From a virus (lineage: Duplodnaviria; Caudoviricetes), in IMG/VR virus record IMGVR_UViG_3300021400_001341, positions 32,001-96,000 of that record: DNA of 64,000 nucleotides, one strand, 5' to 3'. The position numbers and the translations under genes are program-made. Below, piece by piece: positions 59,808 through 64,000 of this stretch; position 1 is the first letter of the stretch; every line of letters starts with the position of its first letter. The notes under the pieces were generated by a model. That model worked only from the letters and a program-made list of their open reading frames with translations. It ran no database searches and was not told the origin of the DNA.

Positions 59808-60494
59808 TTAAATTTCTTCGAGCATAAAATTAAAGGCATCCATAATCATTGCCTGTTTTAATTCATGCTTTTTGACAAAGTTAATAAAGTTACATACTCC
59901 AACGTTGCACACCATGCGAACGGTCGGAGCAACACAAAGACTTACCCTGCAAGCCGACATCGGAACAGCTTTTTGAGCTTCTTCGTGTGTGAAATCCATA
60001 GTATTTAACAAGGCTTTCTTATGAGACATATCTGACCAGTCAGCAGCATAATGCTGAGCATCTGTTAAACCTGTTCTAAAATCAAACATAGCTTTTATTG
60101 AATCGTTGAATTTATTTTCAGTAACGATCTTTCTTCGCAGTTCAATATTGTCTACACACAGAAACACATACCCATATAGTTTTTCTCCTTGCCATCCTTC
60201 GCCAAATAGCTCAAGACATTCAGTAAGGTCTTTACGGTCTTCTTCTGGGACAATGCGGATCAGATTGTTAGCTACACATTCAACTTTAGGTTTATACAGA
60301 TCATCACCTGTAAACATCTGATTGACCAGATTCCTGTCTTCTACGACGTCAAAGTCGTATAAAGAAATATTTTTCAGGCCAAACCGAATCAGCAGTTCAG
60401 CCACAGTAGATCCTACAGAACCGCACCCAATAATATGGATGCGGTCTGTAAATTCATCAGGGTTAAAAAAATCAAAAGATTTGCTTAAGTTCAA
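59808..60494 (-). CDS. ThiF/E1-like activating enzyme
   Basis: IIGCGSVG, DFDVVEDRNLVNQ, LCVDN..LR and C-terminal SAC (candidate catalytic Cys). Confidence 0.9.
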   Translation of the reverse strand: MNLSKSFDFFNPDEFTDRIHIIGCGSVGSTVAELLIRFGLKNISLYDFDVVEDRNLVNQMFTGDDLYKPKVECVANNLIRIVPEEDRKDLTECLELFGEGWQGEKLYGYVFLCVDNIELRRKIVTENKFNDSIKAMFDFRTGLTDAQHYAADWSDMSHKKALLNTMDFTHEEAQKAVPMSACRVSLCVAPTVRMVCNVGVCNFINFVKKHELKQAMIMDAFNFMLEEI

Positions 60495-60497
60495 TTG

Positions 60498-61343
60498 TTA
60501 ATCCCACCCTTCATGTCCAAAACCGTCACACCAGTACCACGCTTTACCTTCTGGCTTTTCTTCTTCTTCCTTTTTTTTATCAGCTTTCTTGTCTTTTTGG
60601 CCAGCAAAATCTTCAAATGTTTTGACTTTGCTTTCGCCATAATATCCTGAATAACCGTAATATGAGGTTTGATTACCTCCTGAATAAGTCATGCTTGTAA
60701 CTTTATCTTTCAGACTGTTAATAAATTCTGTGATAGATCCGAACTCATCATCTTCTACAATAACTTCAATGTCATTTTTATCATAGAAAAGGTTATTATC
60801 CAGATCATATAGGAACGAGTTGATATCAAGTGATTTATTCCATATCTGAAATAGATAAAAGCCTTTTCCACCCATATTTTTTACTGTAGAAGCCTGATTC
60901 TCCAGATCTACAGAAGACGGGCTTGTCGACATGTTTACATGAGAATGAGCCTGAAAATGCAGGAACTCTGCCTGCTCATCACTTAAAGTTTCATAGAATT
61001 CAATCATGTCGTCATCATCAGTTACAACGCGACCACCAGATACTTTCTGGTTACAGACGATGATGTCGTATACTTGAAACTTTTTTGCGTCCAGCCTACG
61101 AATCAAACCATACCATCCAATCTCTGAAGAATAGTTCTTCACCATCTCCAGACACCGCAGATATGCCTGCGGAGTAAACTGAATGATCATCTTTTCTTTA
61201 GCTTTTACAGAAAAGCTCTGTTCATATGTAAACTTTGATTCATTGATATTAAACTCATAATCATCTAAAGCTTTAATAAACTCTTTTACCATTCCATTAA
61301 GCAGAGTTTCTTTAGCTTGCTTACTTAGTGTTATCGGTTTCAT
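60498..61343 (-). CDS. JAB/MPN+ metalloprotease (deubiquitinase-like)
   Basis: SEIGWYG (Glu) and HSHVNMSTSPSSVD (HxH...SxxD). Confidence 0.85.
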   Translation of the reverse strand: MKPITLSKQAKETLLNGMVKEFIKALDDYEFNINESKFTYEQSFSVKAKEKMIIQFTPQAYLRCLEMVKNYSSEIGWYGLIRRLDAKKFQVYDIIVCNQKVSGGRVVTDDDDMIEFYETLSDEQAEFLHFQAHSHVNMSTSPSSVDLENQASTVKNMGGKGFYLFQIWNKSLDINSFLYDLDNNLFYDKNDIEVIVEDDEFGSITEFINSLKDKVTSMTYSGGNQTSYYGYSGYYGESKVKTFEDFAGQKDKKADKKKEEEEKPEGKAWYWCDGFGHEGWD

Positions 61344-61369
61344 ATAATTCTCCTTTTAGAACGGCATGA

Positions 61370-62818
61370 TTATTCCTGATCGTTCATGTTCTGCTTAGAC
61401 AGCCACAAAAGCGCTTCTTCCGGTGTCATTGCAACGCCTTCATTGTTCTGGATAATCTTATTCTTTGAGGACAAAACTTCCTGAAGAAACGGCCTGAACG
61501 TGTACTCAGTTTCATCAATGTTCACAGATCCAATAGCCGCGATTGAACATTCGATTGCAGACATAATATCCGCTCTGCGTAAGCATTGAGAGATTTGCTC
61601 TCTGTTTCGTCCTGGACATCCATGAATCTTGAAGTGCGGATTTGTAATATAGTTCTTCAACGACGGATTGTCTTCTGCGATCATCTGACCGCGCTGAGCG
61701 ATCATATCGCACAGAGTAATCTTCAATTCAATATAGCCTTTCATTCTGATATACAGCAAAGGCCTGCTATTGAAGATGTTATCCAACAGAAGCTTTCTTT
61801 TCGACTTGTCTCTGAATATGCTGTCTTCTGGTAATCTATAGCTGTCATAGATATTATATCTGCGAACAGCGTTATTCCACTTATTCAGATCGAAGTTTGT
61901 CAACAGATTATCCGCACAGAAACACAGAGTGCCGTCAATATACTGAATATCGTGAATCCTCGGACAACTGGACAGATAGTCAATAGCTTCCTGTTCTTCC
62001 TGATTTCGACCGTCGCTGTTGACAACTTGAAGTCCTTCAAACTGAACAATAAGTTCGTTATATCTTTCCATCATATGGCGATAATCGCTCATAATGGTGT
62101 CAAGCCTATCGTTGACGTTATCGAGCTCCTGACGGCACCTGTCGATTCTTCCCTGCCTGAAACCCTTGAAACACTGAGTAAGCTCCTGACGAAGCAGATC
62201 TGCTTTCATATACTGGAGAACAGCAGAAGTCTTCTCAATAAAGTTTGTCGTTGTTTTATTTGTAAGACTTTTCAAAATTTCTGTTTCCTCTTTTGTAAGA
62301 GGATGAGTTTTGAATAAAGCCGGATACAACAAAGGAATAAACGAGATTGATAAATGATAAAGCGCATATGAAGTGGAGTTCACCACCAAAAATGCTGCAT
62401 TGTTTTCTGGATTAATAAACACGAGATACGCAGAGTTATTAAGCTGTTGAGCTATAAAATTTTCAACTGAAATAAGCTCTTTCAATCCTATGTTTTTAGC
62501 GTGATCTCTTATTGCATTCAGATTATTTGCACTAAGATTGACAAGCAAATAATAGAACGCAGGAATATTGTTGACGACTTCTTCGCTCGACTCTGAACGA
62601 ACTCTGTTCCAGTCGTCAATACTGTTCAGTACGTCCTGTTCATTGGACGCATACAGATAAGCGCCCGTTATACCGTTATAGTTGTTTACTCTTGGTTTAA
62701 TAAGTGCAGTAGCAAGACTAATGAGAGAAAAGTCAGGATCTTGCGCAACTCTCATTAAAGAATTTACATATGTTGTTGTCAGTGGAGCAATCGGATTAGA
62801 AATAGTTTGATTAAACAT
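61370..62818 (-). CDS. Coiled-coil protein with putative C-terminal E2-like domain
   Basis: NPHFKIHGCPG resembles the E2 active-site His...Cys signature; lies between the Ubl and JAB genes. Confidence 0.55.
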   Translation of the reverse strand: MFNQTISNPIAPLTTTYVNSLMRVAQDPDFSLISLATALIKPRVNNYNGITGAYLYASNEQDVLNSIDDWNRVRSESSEEVVNNIPAFYYLLVNLSANNLNAIRDHAKNIGLKELISVENFIAQQLNNSAYLVFINPENNAAFLVVNSTSYALYHLSISFIPLLYPALFKTHPLTKEETEILKSLTNKTTTNFIEKTSAVLQYMKADLLRQELTQCFKGFRQGRIDRCRQELDNVNDRLDTIMSDYRHMMERYNELIVQFEGLQVVNSDGRNQEEQEAIDYLSSCPRIHDIQYIDGTLCFCADNLLTNFDLNKWNNAVRRYNIYDSYRLPEDSIFRDKSKRKLLLDNIFNSRPLLYIRMKGYIELKITLCDMIAQRGQMIAEDNPSLKNYITNPHFKIHGCPGRNREQISQCLRRADIMSAIECSIAAIGSVNIDETEYTFRPFLQEVLSSKNKIIQNNEGVAMTPEEALLWLSKQNMNDQE

Positions 62819-62834
62819 CTTATAATCTCCTTCG

Positions 62835-62869
62835 AAAAAATAGGGGGAGGGATCACAGTCCTCTCCCCC
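62835..62869 (-). terminator. Terminator/attenuator after the Ubl gene
   Basis: GGGGGAGAGGAC/AUCCCUCCCCC stem followed by a U-tract on the - strand. Confidence 0.65.
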
Positions 62870-62881
62870 GTCGGGTGGAGA

Positions 62882-63487
62882 TTACATCAGCGTAATAGCT
62901 TCACGAATCTCCTGTTCCTTGTTGTTTGCAGCTTCAATCTTCTCAGGCACTTTGCCTTCCAGTTCGTTCAGGCGAAGCAGAGCGGTACCCAGCTTGTCAG
63001 TCACAGCCTGAACCTTATCTTCTACGGCAGGATCAATTACGGTAGTAATAACAGCATATCCGTCATGATCAGCACGAGTGGAGAACACAGCGCCATTGTT
63101 GTTCAGCGACCCCATGTTCTCGTCAATGGCAACCAGGAAAATGGGCTCATTGTCCTCGTTGTACAGGCCAAAGTCAGGTTCGAACTTCAGAACTTTCTTC
63201 CAGTCATCCAGCTTCACACCAGACTTGATAATGCACGCATCACCAGTCAGAATGATCTTTGCGGCATTGTCCATCTTCACGATAGAAGACATACGGCAGG
63301 TCTCTCCGACACCCAGTTCACGGAGGGTCTTGTTCAGGTCGCCAACGCGCAGCGGCACAGAGTCGATAGTGTTCGTGCAGGAGTCGTAATTGACGTCATT
63401 CTCTTCATAGATTTCACGAAGAGTCTTAGCCTCGCTGGCGATAACGGTTTTACGTCCTGCGTTAGTGATGAGGGTGATCTTTACCAT
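62882..63487 (-). CDS. Ubiquitin-like (beta-grasp) domain fused to a C-terminal domain
   Basis: First ~75 aa (MVKITLIT..RKTVI....TLREI.....DLNKTLRELGV...RMSSIVKMDNA) fit a Ubl pattern; first gene of the E2/JAB/E1 cluster. Confidence 0.65.
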   Translation of the reverse strand: MVKITLITNAGRKTVIASEAKTLREIYEENDVNYDSCTNTIDSVPLRVGDLNKTLRELGVGETCRMSSIVKMDNAAKIILTGDACIIKSGVKLDDWKKVLKFEPDFGLYNEDNEPIFLVAIDENMGSLNNNGAVFSTRADHDGYAVITTVIDPAVEDKVQAVTDKLGTALLRLNELEGKVPEKIEAANNKEQEIREAITLM

Positions 63488-63633
63488 GGTTTTCTTCTCC
63501 TTTTAAAATGTAGTTTGGGAATGAGTAAACGGAACCGCCTCCAGATTTTCCAGAGGCGGCTCCAAGCGGTCATTTACGACGACCGTTGCCGAAAACAACA
63601 TGCTCCCGCAAAGCCACAGCAAGCATGAAATTT

Positions 63634-63939
63634 TTAAATTACCTGAATTCCGATAACAGACAGAAAGTCATTTCCTACAGCATTTTCCTTTTCTGCTGCA
63701 AGAGCTTCGGCTTCCTGTTGTTCCATAATCTTCTTTTCCAGTTGTTCAAAGACAAGCCTGTCGTCTCCGTCTGTATCTGCGTATCCGTCTTCATCGTCTT
63801 CATCGTCTTCTTCATAGCAATAAACGTCATATCCGCAGATAAATACGCTTTCTCCGTTTCTTGCATGTTCAAGCGAGTAGCCGCAGTCTTCTTTTTCAGA
63901 TTCTGCCCTATTCTCAGCCCAGTATCTAAGTTCATTCAT
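63634..63939 (-). CDS. Small acidic hypothetical protein
   Basis: 101-aa ORF with an EEDDEDDED tract. Confidence 0.45.
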   Translation of the reverse strand: MNELRYWAENRAESEKEDCGYSLEHARNGESVFICGYDVYCYEEDDEDDEDGYADTDGDDRLVFEQLEKKIMEQQEAEALAAEKENAVGNDFLSVIGIQVI

Positions 63940-64000
63940 ATATCCATCGTAGTTTAATTCTTTTAAAACATCTGATGGGTTAAACTCGTATCCACAAACT

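Noticed and set aside
62807-63628. 273-aa + strand ORF, and similar antisense ORFs such as 51923..52576 and 32718..33272
   Set aside because: These are shadows of well-supported genes on the opposite strand, with no motifs or RBS.

Overview
This window is a 64-kb segment of a large temperate tailed phage, most likely infecting a Firmicutes (Clostridia-like) host. The + strand (1-26.6 kb) carries late genes: tail tip, collagen-like, beta-propeller and modular tail fibres, a BspA-type LRR protein, a GT2 glycosyltransferase and lysis genes. The - strand (26.7-64 kb) carries early and middle genes: HU, small Zn-finger ORFs, tRNA-like RNAs, three tRNAs, ThyX-like, ClpP, PhoH, RuvC, DnaE, primase-helicase, SSB, a recombinase, a YonO-type RNA polymerase, a retron-type reverse transcriptase (RT) and a Ubl-E2-JAB-E1 cluster. 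A + strand integrase sits beside an intact attP (tRNA-Pro core with arm repeats on both sides). The main finding is that the single retron-type RT (58319-59458) appears to be served by four separate retron-like ncRNA cassettes (59471-59807, 58008-58318, 53214-53399, 52957-53174). All four share an a1/a2 stem ending AU-G ... UU(U/G)AG-AU and a U(G/U)U(A/C)AU-capped hairpin, but their template (msd-like) hairpins are unrelated. This suggests one RT making several different msDNAs. All calls come from reading motifs and base-pairing by eye; no searches or folding programs were run.
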